A stretch of DNA of 52,798 nt from NCBI GenBank assembly GCA_001687465.1, contig LVLI01000604.1, positions 1-52,798 of the forward strand, in the 5' to 3' direction. Both the position numbers and the translations under genes were made by a program. How positions within the stretch are numbered: position 1 is the first letter of the stretch; every line of letters begins with the position of its first letter. This DNA is from Halocafeteria seosinensis (Eukaryota). Of the stretch, positions 13,243-24,539 are shown one piece after another. A model generated the notes under the pieces. The model made no database searches, was not told the origin of the DNA, and worked only from the letters and a program-made list of their open reading frames with translations.

Positions 13243-14401
13243 CGTTAGTGTTGTCCAGTTTCTGAATATCTGCTTGCGGAGGAGTGCGACCCTGCGACAG
13301 TGCCAAAGAACAGTACATCAGTTCATGTATTGAACCAAGGCAAAGAAGCCATTCTTCGCATGGTGGTGCATGAATTCAAACCCACTCAAAAATGCGCTAC
13401 CATCTTACTGGCACTCCTCTGATGGATGGATTTTCTTTGTTACCTTTCTGTCTTCTTTGTTTTGTTTTTGTTTGTGGGTTATTTCCACGGAATAGCAGAA
13501 TAACTTGCTTGTTTGCAACCGCCGGAAGTGTTCCTGGAGAATATGGTACGACGTCTCTGAAGCAGAGTTTAGGGAGGCTTCAGTATCATTCCAAACCGAG
13601 TGCACAACAAATCAAGCTGCCGTCCATTACTAACGGGAGCGTGCGACCGCAAACCATTCCAGTCAACCGCGTTGGAGCGACCGATGTTTCTGGAAACCGC
13701 ATGTTCAACTCTGGTGTCAACCGAGGTGAAGCACAGTCTATTACTTTTACTCAGCGATTTAGTTGCAGAGCCATTTGCGTCTAAATCATTCCACAAAAAA
13801 CGTTTGGTCATGCCCATGACGATGACGGGAATTGTATGCAGCGGTTGCGGAAGCAATCGTCTCGAGCGTAACAGTCATCCGCTGGGCTAAGATTACACTT
13901 CATGGTATCATTTGCATAATCCCGTCAACTCCGAGGATATGATAAGTTCCGTATCACTGTACCACGTAACGAGCCACTGTTGTGAAAGAGTCGCCACTGC
14001 TGAATCCCGATTATTGAATGGGCTCCGCCGATTCCGTGATCGACTAAAAACAAGCTACAAGCAGCAACATTTGATTCAGACGTGGTATCAAGAACCCTAG
14101 TGGAATACAAACGAGATGGACTAGCTATTGTGTACATTGGATTTCACAACTTACCACTTAGTATTGGGTGTGAGACCTCTTCCGCAACGACCGCATGAAG
14201 GCACAGTACACAGTACGACCGCATGAAATATCGGGACCTTTATTAGCCGAACGATTTCGTATTCAACCATTAGCACTGTATACGTTTACTCCATGATGCG
14301 TTTATGGAACTTGGTGTGCGAGTGTTGTATTCCTAATTCTCAACATTTTCTATACCCATTTCTTTATTCTTAGACGCGAAGATACTGAAACTACACTTGG
14401 C

Positions 14402-17400
14402 TTATTCACGCTTAGTTGATGAAGACACAAACACGTTATCCTGTACAAAATTCGTGCTTTCTGTACGTTTACGGAAGCCTGTACCCCGAGTGCCTTTGTT
14501 TTTTACTTTATCGTTCCTACTGTAGAGATAGATACCGAGGAAGCTGCCGGCTACCCACAAAGCAACAAATGCGATAACAGCCACGACTATCCAATCTCTC
14601 GCATTGGCAATGAATAAACCCGATATTATCGCAACGATACTCAAAGTAGCGGTGCCAGCTCCAGTCACGATGTGCAAAATCTCCCAAGCTGTGCGCAGTT
14701 TTCCTCGGTTCTTGCCCGCTCTGAGAATACCATTTAATATCTGGAACACTGACAAAGAGAAAACGATAGTTCCCAATTTCGTGTGGAAGCTGTTAAATAG
14801 CCAGTCGTCTAACTCTATTACCTTGACCATGACACCAGCGAAGGTCAGGAAAACTGCCGTGACTTGTAGCATTACGTGAATTTTGAACCAGGGCGCCGTT
14901 CCCCCTTCCTCGTGGGGCTGCCAGTGCTTCATGAAAAGCGCAGTCGCTAGACTCACAGGCACAAGAACTCCCCATGCTATAGTCATCAAAAACCCGTGAA
15001 TAATTGTGCCGGTATCATTGTCATCGACAACGCGAACGCTTCCATCAACCACGTTTACCTCAGCTCTAAGACGTCCGCTGCCACGATTGTGCTGATCGAC
15101 GCCTCCACTAAATGGACCATTCGCGACCATCATAAATAACTTTCCATTTCGGTCCCGAATGATACTTGCCAAGTTCCTCGTTTCGTCGGTGCTTGCTCCA
15201 AGGGTCCGAACCAAGGCAAGTTTCGTTCTCCCGTTTGCGCGGATCAGGCTAGCAGCTAGTAATCCTTGAGCGTTATTCTTCTTTACGTTGTGATGCACAA
15301 GAGTGTATTCAGCTACTCCCTCATTAAGACCGGGCGTGGTTTGAGAGCCTGATGAAAAGTCGTGGCCGGGGACTCCAATGATACCATCTGCTCCCTTCAT
15401 TACATTTTGGTCATTAAATGCTATACCAACCCAGTCCACGCTATCAGTATTTACATCTATTTCGACAGCTAACAGATCCTGCTCTAAGACGTCCCCTGGA
15501 TTTGCACTATTGCTGGTCGAAACTCCATCACGGATTATGCTCCAACTCAGCTCCACATTTCCTCCTCCTCTGGCGAAACTCAACGATTCCGTGAACTGAA
15601 ATTCCGACGGAACCTGTACCGTGGACGTGCTGTTGGTGTCAGATGGCTCTTCCTCTTCTTTCTCTGCGGGATAAAGTTGTAATAACATTCGCGTCCTACC
15701 ACTCAGCGTGGCATGCGCTTGGACACCAAAACTGGTGCTATACTCTCCTCGAGCTGCTAAGACGAACAGTTTCCCATCGTTGTCCTTCAGCATTCCCAGC
15801 AAGTTGCGCAGCTCATTATTTTCCGCTCCTAGCTTGCGTGCAAACGACATCGTAGTTGCTCCCTCCGATTGCCATAGATCTCCAGATTGAAGGTCCTGGT
15901 TGGTATTCAACCTGACGTCATGGTTTAGGAGGGAAAACTGTGCAACCCCCTTCTCCAACCCACCTCCGAAATTTCCATTGCCGGAGAAGTCCTTGCCGGG
16001 GACGCCGATGACTCCATCGCTATTCTGCATTATGTTCTCGTCATTAAGTGCAACTCCCATCCACCCAAATGTGTCTGAGAAAAGTCTCAATTGCATTGCA
16101 AGAGCGTGCTCCTCCGACAGATCGTCGATACTAGTTTCGTCGGTGTCAACGAGACCTCCCTCAGGATCAAGAAAGCTCCACTTCAGAGAACCCTCAAGAG
16201 CATCATTGTTGAACGTAAATTCTTCGCTAAACTGATAGATCAGTGACGGAGTTGCTGTCGTAGTCATGCTAGCACTCATTACAACCGAAGTGGACGGGGT
16301 AGACGTAGGGATGGGACTTGTCGTTGGAGCGGAAGGAGATGCAGTAGTTGTAGGTTTCGAGGGTTCCGAAGTTCCGCTAGGCGATCTAGTAGCAGGGGAG
16401 GAAGTAGCTGTTGCAGATAACGACGATGTTGCAGTGGCGGATCGAGTCGCTACAGATGCGGTGGTAGTGCCTGTTGGCTCGGAAGTAGGACTTGGGGAGG
16501 GCGTTATACATTCGCGAGTTGGATTTTCGGGAAACAGTTGAACGCTGTGACGAGAACGTCCTTGCGGATGGGAGTGCTCCTGAACGAAACCAGAGTAGCT
16601 TCCCTTAGCCATCAATATGTAGATTTCTCCTCTCATATTTTTTAGTACTGACGCAATGTTAAGCAAATCCTCGTTTGCGGCCCCAAGTTTTCGAATGAAA
16701 GCCATGGTTGTAACTCCTCCCATTCGTGTAAGTGTTCCTGCCAGAAGATCCTGATTTTCATTCTTCTGTATGAAGTGATTTCCTAGAGAATACTGCATAA
16801 CACCGTTTTCTAATCCAGGTGCGGAAGAGTCATCAGAAAAGTCTTGTCCCGGTACACCGATAACTCCGTCACTTCCCTGCATTATAGAGTTGGAACTGAT
16901 CGCTATTGCCATCCAACCAAAGTCATCCCCTTCGAATGTAATCTCCACGGCAAGCTCATCATCTTCGGTCAAATCATCCACACCATTTGTACAGGGATCA
17001 ATCTCCTCTCCATTTGACTTTCGCAGACTCCAGCTAACGACTGTATCGAAGTCAAGATTGTTAAAGGAAATCGCCTGCGAAAACTGATAGCTCTCCGGAA
17101 ATTGTGCCGCTTGAACGCCGGCTGTGCTCGTTCTTGTTGGAGTAAAAGCTGCGGTCTCTGTTTGCGTCGGAGTAGATAAGGCCGTTGCTGTAGGGGTTGA
17201 TGAAACGCTTTGCGTCGGCGTGGTAGAAACCGACGACGACGTCGTAGCAGAAGTACTAGCGGTAGTGGACTCACTGGGAGTCATCGTGGGCGAGTTTGTG
17301 ACTGCAGATTCGGCAGTAGGCGTAGCGGAATTTTGAGAAGATGATGATGTCTCCGTCGGGGTTGCCGTGACAGAGTGTGAGACCGAGGACTGGGTTGGGG

Positions 17401-18520
17401 AGATAGTGATGGTTATCGTGCCTGGAGCGGTCATGGTGGAGGTATCCGTAGGGGAGTTCGAAGCTGAAGATGATGTTGGCGAAGGAGTCGTCCGTGCCGA
17501 CTGAGATACTGACGTCTGAGTTGGCGAAACCGACACTGTGCTACTGCGCGAACTAGTCACAGTTAGCGAAGGTGAACTTGACGCCGTTGAAGTGGACGTT
17601 GGCTCTGACGAAATTGACGGAGATGTACTGGACGTAGGTGTGGATGTTGCAAGGGAAGCAGTGGTGGTACCAGAGATGGAACTCGAGGGAGTTTCTGAAG
17701 GTGTCGACGTACTGCTTGGAGTGACTGACGGTGTCAGTGAGCTTGTAGAAGAGGATGACGGGGTTGGTATCGAGGGAGTCGTAGTACTCGTTGCAGATGA
17801 AGTAGGCGATGGAGTTGGAGTTATACACTCGCGCGTTGGATTCTCGGGAAAGAGTTGAAGTGTATGCCGAGTTCTCCCTTGAGGATGGGCGTGCTCTTGT
17901 ACAAATCCCAAATAGTTTCCTTTGGCCATCAGAATGTAGATTTCTCCCCTCATACTTTTTAGAATGGAAGCAATATCGCGCAACTCGTCGTTCACCGCCC
18001 CGAGCTTCCTAATGAAAGCCATAGTGGTAACCCCGCCCTTACGCGAAAGAGTCCCGTTGAGGAGGTCTTGATTCTCGTTCTTCTCTATGAAGTGATTCCC
18101 CAGGGAATACTGTACAACACCATTAGCCAAGGCAGGTGAAGAAGAGCCATCTGAAAAATCTTCCCCTGGCACACCTATCACACCGTCACTGCCATCCATA
18201 ACATTGTTGGAACTGAGGGCAAGCGCCATCCAGCCAAAATCATCCCCATCAAACATTACCTCAATCGCCAACTCATCATCTTCTGTCAAGTCGTCAACTC
18301 CATTGGTGCAAGTATCGATTTCTTCCCCTTGGGAATTTAACAGACTCCAACTGACAACCGTGTCAAAATCGATTTTATTGAAGGAGATCGCTTGAGAAAA
18401 CTGGTAAGTCTCCGGAAATGAGGATGATTTTACGACACTGAAAATATTGACAATCAACAGCGCAGCTAGCGTTGTCTGAATCATTCTTGACGGGCTCTTG
18501 TAGTGAGGTAAGCTAGACAT
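14402..18520 (-). CDS. DOMON x4 + cytochrome b561 protein, tandem paralogue
   Basis: Signal peptide; four DOMON domains each with the Met and His haem-ligand motifs; two long S/T/P linkers; b561 domain with HGFLM, HVMLQ, HTKLG, HIVTG. Highly similar to 11083-13242. First ATG at 18520. Confidence 0.9.
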   Translation of the reverse strand: MSSLPHYKSPSRMIQTTLAALLIVNIFSVVKSSSFPETYQFSQAISFNKIDFDTVVSWSLLNSQGEEIDTCTNGVDDLTEDDELAIEVMFDGDDFGWMALALSSNNVMDGSDGVIGVPGEDFSDGSSSPALANGVVQYSLGNHFIEKNENQDLLNGTLSRKGGVTTMAFIRKLGAVNDELRDIASILKSMRGEIYILMAKGNYLGFVQEHAHPQGRTRHTLQLFPENPTRECITPTPSPTSSATSTTTPSIPTPSSSSTSSLTPSVTPSSTSTPSETPSSSISGTTTASLATSTPTSSTSPSISSEPTSTSTASSSPSLTVTSSRSSTVSVSPTQTSVSQSARTTPSPTSSSASNSPTDTSTMTAPGTITITISPTQSSVSHSVTATPTETSSSSQNSATPTAESAVTNSPTMTPSESTTASTSATTSSSVSTTPTQSVSSTPTATALSTPTQTETAAFTPTRTSTAGVQAAQFPESYQFSQAISFNNLDFDTVVSWSLRKSNGEEIDPCTNGVDDLTEDDELAVEITFEGDDFGWMAIAISSNSIMQGSDGVIGVPGQDFSDDSSAPGLENGVMQYSLGNHFIQKNENQDLLAGTLTRMGGVTTMAFIRKLGAANEDLLNIASVLKNMRGEIYILMAKGSYSGFVQEHSHPQGRSRHSVQLFPENPTRECITPSPSPTSEPTGTTTASVATRSATATSSLSATATSSPATRSPSGTSEPSKPTTTASPSAPTTSPIPTSTPSTSVVMSASMTTTATPSLIYQFSEEFTFNNDALEGSLKWSFLDPEGGLVDTDETSIDDLSEEHALAMQLRLFSDTFGWMGVALNDENIMQNSDGVIGVPGKDFSGNGNFGGGLEKGVAQFSLLNHDVRLNTNQDLQSGDLWQSEGATTMSFARKLGAENNELRNLLGMLKDNDGKLFVLAARGEYSTSFGVQAHATLSGRTRMLLQLYPAEKEEEEPSDTNSTSTVQVPSEFQFTESLSFARGGGNVELSWSIIRDGVSTSNSANPGDVLEQDLLAVEIDVNTDSVDWVGIAFNDQNVMKGADGIIGVPGHDFSSGSQTTPGLNEGVAEYTLVHHNVKKNNAQGLLAASLIRANGRTKLALVRTLGASTDETRNLASIIRDRNGKLFMMVANGPFSGGVDQHNRGSGRLRAEVNVVDGSVRVVDDNDTGTIIHGFLMTIAWGVLVPVSLATALFMKHWQPHEEGGTAPWFKIHVMLQVTAVFLTFAGVMVKVIELDDWLFNSFHTKLGTIVFSLSVFQILNGILRAGKNRGKLRTAWEILHIVTGAGTATLSIVAIISGLFIANARDWIVVAVIAFVALWVAGSFLGIYLYSRNDKVKNKGTRGTGFRKRTESTNFVQDNVFVSSSTKRE

Positions 18521-19505
18521 CCCAACCTTCAATTACCTAACCAATTCAATCCAAATTCGAAAACAACCTGCGGAAGTGGCCATTCCCTCTCGGATACAAG
18601 CTTGCAGAAGCAATCCAAAGACCCAAGCTTGTAGACGATTGTATCTGTTGACAGCAGGTATTCAGGCACTCCAATCCTTGTGTCCGTCCTACCGTGACTG
18701 TCGTTCTGTCGACACTGCCCACTACAGATAGAGGAAAGTGATCCGTCTGTGGTTCGAATTGAGCGTTGGATGAGGGCAGTACTCTCACGTGATGTCGACT
18801 TCAAAATATCCAATTATTGTTAGAAATTTAACCCTATTCAATTTTGGCCGTACTCCCATTCGGGAACTTTGTGTTCCTGCAGAACTACCACAGCACTACT
18901 GGTATATAGGTATTGAATCACTGACAGCAGTCTGATGCGTTGCTCCATTCAGAGACTCAGGCTGGTATACCGACCAGCATGAGCAACTTTAGACAACGCT
19001 TTTAGTGTTGACATGTAATGTTTGTATGATGCTGCAGCTGCCGGAGTTTTATGTTTCTGGAAAGGACGGTTTCCGCTCTGGCCATTTATTCCGGAAACTA
19101 CTTTGCGGGAAGTCTTGTTATACATGTAGTACCTCAGGTACTGTACCTGCCATATATATGCATGTATCCACGTTTTGGTTACTGAGAGCCATTATACATG
19201 GTAGTTGGTCCACAAATAGTTTGTGGTTCTTCAACTATTGAACAGGATGAGTTTGGAGGGAGTTGACACACACACATGTCGGCCCCCAAAAGAATTGGAA
19301 GTGTGTGGGACGACTAACAACGACTTGTTCCTTCATTGAAACTTTAATTTTGACATCGGTAGAACATGATCTACTCTTAGTATCGATTACTACCTATGTC
19401 ACGGTGGCTTGGCAACTTCACGCCCTAAGAGGACGGCAACGAAGTCGTAACTTGCATGTATGCATCAATATGTATTCTCTTCTAAGCTGATATTCGTCTA
19501 AGTAA

Positions 19506-20828
19506 TCATAGCTGAGACTTCCGCTTGTTATAGTAGTAAGCGACACCGACAGCCGCCGCTCCGCCAATCAGAGCCAAAGTAGGCAAGAATTTCCCTTGCA
19601 AGCTACTACACCCACTGGATTCAGAATTTTTCCAGTTTGCATCAGCCTCAGCTGACTGGGTTATATAGGCTGTAGGAGAAGTCTGGGTTTGTGTGTCCTC
19701 AACTCGCTTACATTTGATTTTCCACTTGAGAATAGGATATATAGTCAAAAAGCCCCCCAGTGCACCAGCCTCAAGATAGTTGCCTTCTCGCTTGCTCGAT
19801 ACTACATGCACACTCGAGCTGGCAGCGGAGAGCCAATGCACGTGAATGCATTCGGCAGTGACTCCATCCCATATTGCTATATTCTTGCCCCATGAGCTGC
19901 TGACGAACAAGGAATTCTCAGCATCGAGTAGTGACAGAGATGTTAGCCGTCCGCAGTTGTGGGTTGGTTCGGCTATTGCTCTTCTGGTCTTGACATCCCA
20001 AATACGCATCTGCCCATTCGCATCAATAGTGACAGCCCTATTGCCATTTGGCTGAGGAAGGGAAAGAGCACCTGTTACCCACGTTGAATGAGCGTCAACG
20101 TGCTCTATGAGTTTGCAATCTGGTAGTCTCCACCAATAGAGTCCTCCCTTGGTGTCACCGGTTATGATGGTACGTTCCCAGGCATTATCCGGAGACTGTA
20201 TTTGCGATTTCTCCTCTGGCTTCATACCATAGGTTTTGGCTTCTTGCGGGCTCTGGATCCAAGCAGCTGCGTAGACAGACTTTTCATGTCCCGAGCAGAT
20301 GCCGACAACTTCCCAGGTGTCGGTATCCCACACACAAGCCGTCTTATCTGTCGATGTACTGATCATCCACCATTTCGAACGGCCGTGCGTGGCAGGCACC
20401 AAGGTCAGCCAGTGCACTTTATAACCCTTATGTTGGCGAAGAGTTTTGAGTTCCTTGGCTTTGGCAGTATCTCGAACGACAATGGTTCCATCACTGCTGG
20501 CCGTCGCGATGCGGTTTCCACCGGGCAAGACACAAATGCAGTTGATCACCGCCGAATGGGGAGGCTCCCAACGGCGCGTACGTCTGGCTGAAGTTTTGGC
20601 TTCCTCCTGGTTCTCGCCCGGCCAGGAAGTCACATCGCCCAACATGGATCCTCCCACAATGCGTCCATCCGGGAGCTCGGTCGCCACCAACCAGGACGAC
20701 GGGCGCTTCTCCTGGCACTCTAGTTCCCTCTGGACCCCATCTTCCGTGCTGGAAATCCTCCACTTGGACTGCAGAGGCGTCGAATAGACAGAATGTTGCT
20801 GATTAAAGCTGCTTGCTCCGATGCCCAT
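19506..20828 (-). CDS. WD40-repeat protein with C-terminal membrane anchor
   Basis: Multiple WD40 units (HSAVINC..ATASSDGTIVVRD; STSTDKTACVWD; GHEKSVY; AHSTWVT..DANGQMRIWD; SSSWGKNIAIWD). Hydrophobic tail FLPTLALIGGAAAVGVAYYY followed by NKRKSQL*. Likely start MGIGAS at 20828. Confidence 0.85.
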   Translation of the reverse strand: MGIGASSFNQQHSVYSTPLQSKWRISSTEDGVQRELECQEKRPSSWLVATELPDGRIVGGSMLGDVTSWPGENQEEAKTSARRTRRWEPPHSAVINCICVLPGGNRIATASSDGTIVVRDTAKAKELKTLRQHKGYKVHWLTLVPATHGRSKWWMISTSTDKTACVWDTDTWEVVGICSGHEKSVYAAAWIQSPQEAKTYGMKPEEKSQIQSPDNAWERTIITGDTKGGLYWWRLPDCKLIEHVDAHSTWVTGALSLPQPNGNRAVTIDANGQMRIWDVKTRRAIAEPTHNCGRLTSLSLLDAENSLFVSSSWGKNIAIWDGVTAECIHVHWLSAASSSVHVVSSKREGNYLEAGALGGFLTIYPILKWKIKCKRVEDTQTQTSPTAYITQSAEADANWKNSESSGCSSLQGKFLPTLALIGGAAAVGVAYYYNKRKSQL

Positions 20829-21216
20829 TGTAGATTTCCACGTAAACCCTCTTTTCCGTATAGATACTGCCGAACAGGATGTCGTGTGTTTCCTTGTTGT
20901 ATGGACGCCGAGTGAAGGAAGGAATCTCCCTTTCTTGGACAAACGAAAACAAGCTTTTGGGAATGCATCAATCAATAAAACCACGTCAAAAAAGGACAAT
21001 GTCCGCCCCTACTTCAACCGAGCTAGCGGAGCGGAATCCAGGAGGTTCCTGCCAAAACTTCCTGGAAGAAGACAACAGGTAAGAAACGTATCGAAAGCGA
21101 TGCAACGAATGAAGGTGATGAAGGAAGGAAAGTAGTTGTTTGCTGGATGGAAGGACTGCTACTCTATGTTCTCAGTACTAGCGTGTCACACGCTACACTG
21201 ACGCTACGTACAAGTC

Positions 21217-21293
21217 GTTAAGAGGATGTGGTCAACTTCCCGGCCGGTGGGCTATCTGTCACATTTGTGTGTGTGTGTGTGTGTGTGTGTGTG
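21217..21293 (+). repeat. Dispersed repeat copy B with long (GT)n tail
   Basis: gttaagaggatgtggtcaacttcccggccggtgggctatctgtcacattt followed by the GT run 21267-21292. Confidence 0.85.
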
Positions 21294-21389
21294 GTTGCAT
21301 GTGCATGAGTTTAGACCGCAAGTCAGCTCCTCAGCGTCTATGTAAAAGTTATACGACGTTGTCGGCGCTTGGGCGCTTCTACGTTTTTA

Positions 21390-22450
21390 CGCCCTAGAAT
21401 GCCTTGCACCGGAGTTCTGGAAGTGCGAGCGCGGAGCCTCCCTGGAGTCTGTCACACTAGGCGATAGCTTCCCCATTCCGAACAAGCTAGCTAAGAGCAT
21501 TGCCCGAGTAAACCTTACGGGGAGTGACTGACTGGCACAAATAATTCCAGAAGCTACCCATTCGAAGAAGGGAGAATCGAGCATCAGCGACCCCAGTTGC
21601 AACCTGACAACGCGGTACTTCTTACTAACAAGGGAGGCGCTAGGTCTTTGAGAAGATAAAGACTCCATTATTCCTACGGTAATTCAATCGAATTGCATCC
21701 GGACGAGATACTGCTCTTTAACAATAAAGGACTCTGAAAGACTGAGCTCAGTCAGAGACGCTGTAGGCAGAAGCAGAGTTACCGGTACTGCGCTCAATCC
21801 AGAAACTCGGAAATCTAATTTGGTCTCATCATGCCTTCGCGGTAGGAAACATGTTCCGACACACTTACTTGGCTCTCATCCATCTCCCACAGCCCGATGG
21901 AAAGGTCAACAACCTTGACGGATGACCACGATAACTACCCGGAGACAATTGGAGGCTCTCAAATCTCAGTGTTCTTCAAGAGTGATGTAAATCTAGCTCG
22001 AATAGAATCCGAAGCGATTCGGCAGCTATTCTAACAAGCACGAAGAAGAGGAGAATTCTAAGTGCAGCTCCCGGTTTGTTGCCCGCCGTGTGACCTCGTG
22101 GAACAACCGTGTCAATGAAATAGAAACACAGATCACTAATTTCATCACCCTTAGTTGGTACTATTTCTTTCTACCGATATATAGGGTGTTTTGCTCCCTT
22201 CTTGGAGATTGCTTCGTAAATGGGGGCTTGACACATCGTCCGCATTGCACGCGGGTTCTCAATGGAAGTGAAGGCGGCACAAACCGTGGGAAAGTCTGAG
22301 CGAGTATGCAATGTACCCCAGTTCATGTATCATAGACCATAGATAGCTTCTCGCTGTCGGCCGCCATACGAGCGAGACTACTTGGTTAGTGAGTCATGAC
22401 TACCGGACGGTGCGAAACCGAACCCATCAATCAATGTGGCGGTCAAGGAA
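21390..22450 (+). other. Hairpin-dense non-coding segment upstream of the orphan zinc-knuckle ORF (candidate structured RNA/UTR)
   Basis: Stems seen by eye: gactgagctcagtc palindrome 21740-21753, with ctctga/tcagag as an overlapping stem; gaatag-ccgaa[GCGA]ttcgg-ctattc 22000-22031 with a GNRA loop; gtcttt/aaagac 21644-21663; tagctt/aagcta; ggtca/tgacc. No long ORF. Confidence 0.4.
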
Positions 22451-22607
22451 CGAGTGTATGTCCCTGGGCTCCCAGTAGATAGATACTTTGTAAGGAGTTG
22501 TGTTGACCGTGCACGAGGGAAAAAAGAAGAACGAACCCAGAAATTCGGAATCAGTTGTGTATTTTTTATTTTATTTTATTTATATTTTTTCTTCGTGGAG
22601 GAAAGAA

Positions 22608-24536
22608 ATGGAGCCATCGAAAAAAGAAGGATCCGGAGGTTCCCGAGGAACGTCTCAGCCGGACCAGCAGCAGCAGCAGCAAGACGTCGGGAGAGGACAA
22701 AAGCCGCACCGCAAGCATGCCGGTAATCGTCCTCCGCCGACAACTGAACTACGCGGTCAAACGGTTCCCAGGAGTGAGCTTGAAAACCCACACTGGAACG
22801 CTCCGGAACCGGAAGGCGCTTTACCGTTGAGTCAGTATCTTCAGGATCTTGAGCGTAAGGCCAAGAATGCACCAGCTGAAAAGCAGGAAGAGGAAGAGGA
22901 GATAGTGAAACTCGCGCTCATTGTCATCTGTGATGACACTCAGCTGTCGATGCACGATAAATTCAAAGCCTTCCAGCGACTTTCCGAACTGTCCAGTGAG
23001 CACCAGTCCGTTCAGGAAGATGAGGAAGAAGGCTGCACTCGGGTGTTCTTCACGACTGATATCGAGAACATGCCCGAATATGTCCGAGTGATTGAAGAAT
23101 TGAATACTGAAATAGGAGAAGGTGAGCAACTGTTCCGTTGGAGAACCGCTTTTGGAAAAGATCTCAAGCGAATTAACTTCTTCAACCGGCCAACAACATT
23201 CGGTGTGTTGCACAAGGTACTCAAGCTCGTCAACTATCGAGCAGTGCCCCAATTTACCAGTGATCAGTGGTCAAAGCTCTTGAATGACTCTGATGAAGAT
23301 CTTCCTCGAAGCATTACCGTTTACACGATGGATCCACAACTGCTGCAACATCTAGCTGCTTTCGAGCCGACACTATACAAGGTGGCAGAACGCGGGTTCA
23401 CCGTTCAAGCTTCTAACCGAGACTATGCTCGTAGTTATCAGAAATACGTGCGAAGTGCTGACTTGCTTGATAACAGTAGAGTGTGGTCATTCTCCCTCCT
23501 CACTAAGACGTCTACCGCCCCTGGTGAGAACGTGGCCCACCAAGTGTCGGAATTGTTTTCAACTAGTCAGAAGACTTGTAAGAATTACCTGGGATACTTG
23601 ACTCCTGATTGGGCTACACCCGAACAGAGTACTCATGACTTTATCCAATTCAAGTTTTACTTCTCTGTCAGCGAGGATAAGAAGTTCAAAGACGTCAAGT
23701 CCGTGGTGAAGACTATCTACCAAACCTTGGGCAACGATGACAAGTTAGAATGCGATTTCCAAGACACTCGAGTCGTATTGACTGCTATGCAATCCTTCAC
23801 CAAGGATTATGGCCAGGTTGAAAAGGAGATTTACGACCGGTATGCTCTAAGACTTCACCCCGAAAACCGAAGACTCGCTTGTTTCTACTGTGGCCAACCT
23901 CATAAGCCTAATCTGTGTCCAAAGCTTGTCGCACTGGTCGAGGACAGGGACATTGTCAAGAGGATCATCAACGAGGCAGATGAAAATGCACGGGAGAACA
24001 TTGAATTCTTGAAAGCATCAACGAATGAATGCTTTTTGGAAATGGAGGACCCTTCAGCGTTCCATAACCGCTTATTGCGTGCAGAAGGATTGGTAGATCC
24101 GGAGCCGGAGGAATCCAACGTTCTGGCAGAAGTCGTGCCAGTGAAGAAACAGAAGTCAGTCGATATTAATACCATTAGCCAGAATGCACTGAGCAGAATC
24201 CGTGAGGCGAACAAGGGAGCTGACATCAAGCAGAATTTCGAGCCAATTATTCTGTACCGTATATCCGGTGGAACTTTCAAGGCGGCGCATGAGGTTCAGT
24301 TCGAATTCACCCGAGGAACTATCTACTGTACAGACCTAGAAGAAGACGAGAAGACAGTTGACGAAATCCGAGTTGGAGATATCGAAGGGGTCAGCGAACG
24401 TGATGAACGGGGCAATTTTAACCTATTGGCGAAGAACCAGACCATGAATCTCTTCGTCGAAGAGAACGAGACTTACGATTACTTCAGCTCCGTGATCAAG
24501 AGACTAAGAGAAGTTGCTGCTGGCACTGTGGCATAA
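22608..24536 (+). CDS. Intronless orphan protein with gag/ORF1-like CCHC zinc knuckle and putative C-terminal PH-like domain
   Basis: Uninterrupted ~640-codon frame from ATG 22608. CFYCGQPHKPNLC = C-x2-C-x3-H-x4-C. Last ~100 aa are a run of beta strands ending FNLLAKNQTMNLFVEENETYDYFSSVIKRL, as in a PH-fold C-terminus (inference). Confidence 0.7.
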   Translation: MEPSKKEGSGGSRGTSQPDQQQQQQDVGRGQKPHRKHAGNRPPPTTELRGQTVPRSELENPHWNAPEPEGALPLSQYLQDLERKAKNAPAEKQEEEEEIVKLALIVICDDTQLSMHDKFKAFQRLSELSSEHQSVQEDEEEGCTRVFFTTDIENMPEYVRVIEELNTEIGEGEQLFRWRTAFGKDLKRINFFNRPTTFGVLHKVLKLVNYRAVPQFTSDQWSKLLNDSDEDLPRSITVYTMDPQLLQHLAAFEPTLYKVAERGFTVQASNRDYARSYQKYVRSADLLDNSRVWSFSLLTKTSTAPGENVAHQVSELFSTSQKTCKNYLGYLTPDWATPEQSTHDFIQFKFYFSVSEDKKFKDVKSVVKTIYQTLGNDDKLECDFQDTRVVLTAMQSFTKDYGQVEKEIYDRYALRLHPENRRLACFYCGQPHKPNLCPKLVALVEDRDIVKRIINEADENARENIEFLKASTNECFLEMEDPSAFHNRLLRAEGLVDPEPEESNVLAEVVPVKKQKSVDINTISQNALSRIREANKGADIKQNFEPIILYRISGGTFKAAHEVQFEFTRGTIYCTDLEEDEKTVDEIRVGDIEGVSERDERGNFNLLAKNQTMNLFVEENETYDYFSSVIKRLREVAAGTVA

Positions 24537-24539
24537 CTA

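Noticed and set aside
16266..17858. Val-rich plus-strand ORFs
   Set aside because: Antisense shadows of the S/T/P linkers of the DOMON gene; most short ORFs overlapping called genes are similar shadows.
22382..22425. Hammerhead-like arrangement (ttggtt-A ... stem ... GAAAccga)
   Set aside because: The CUGANGA core is absent.
22608..24536. Fanzor/TnpB or RT interpretation of the orphan ORF
   Set aside because: No RuvC D-E-D motifs, paired CxxC ribbon or YxDD motif recognisable.
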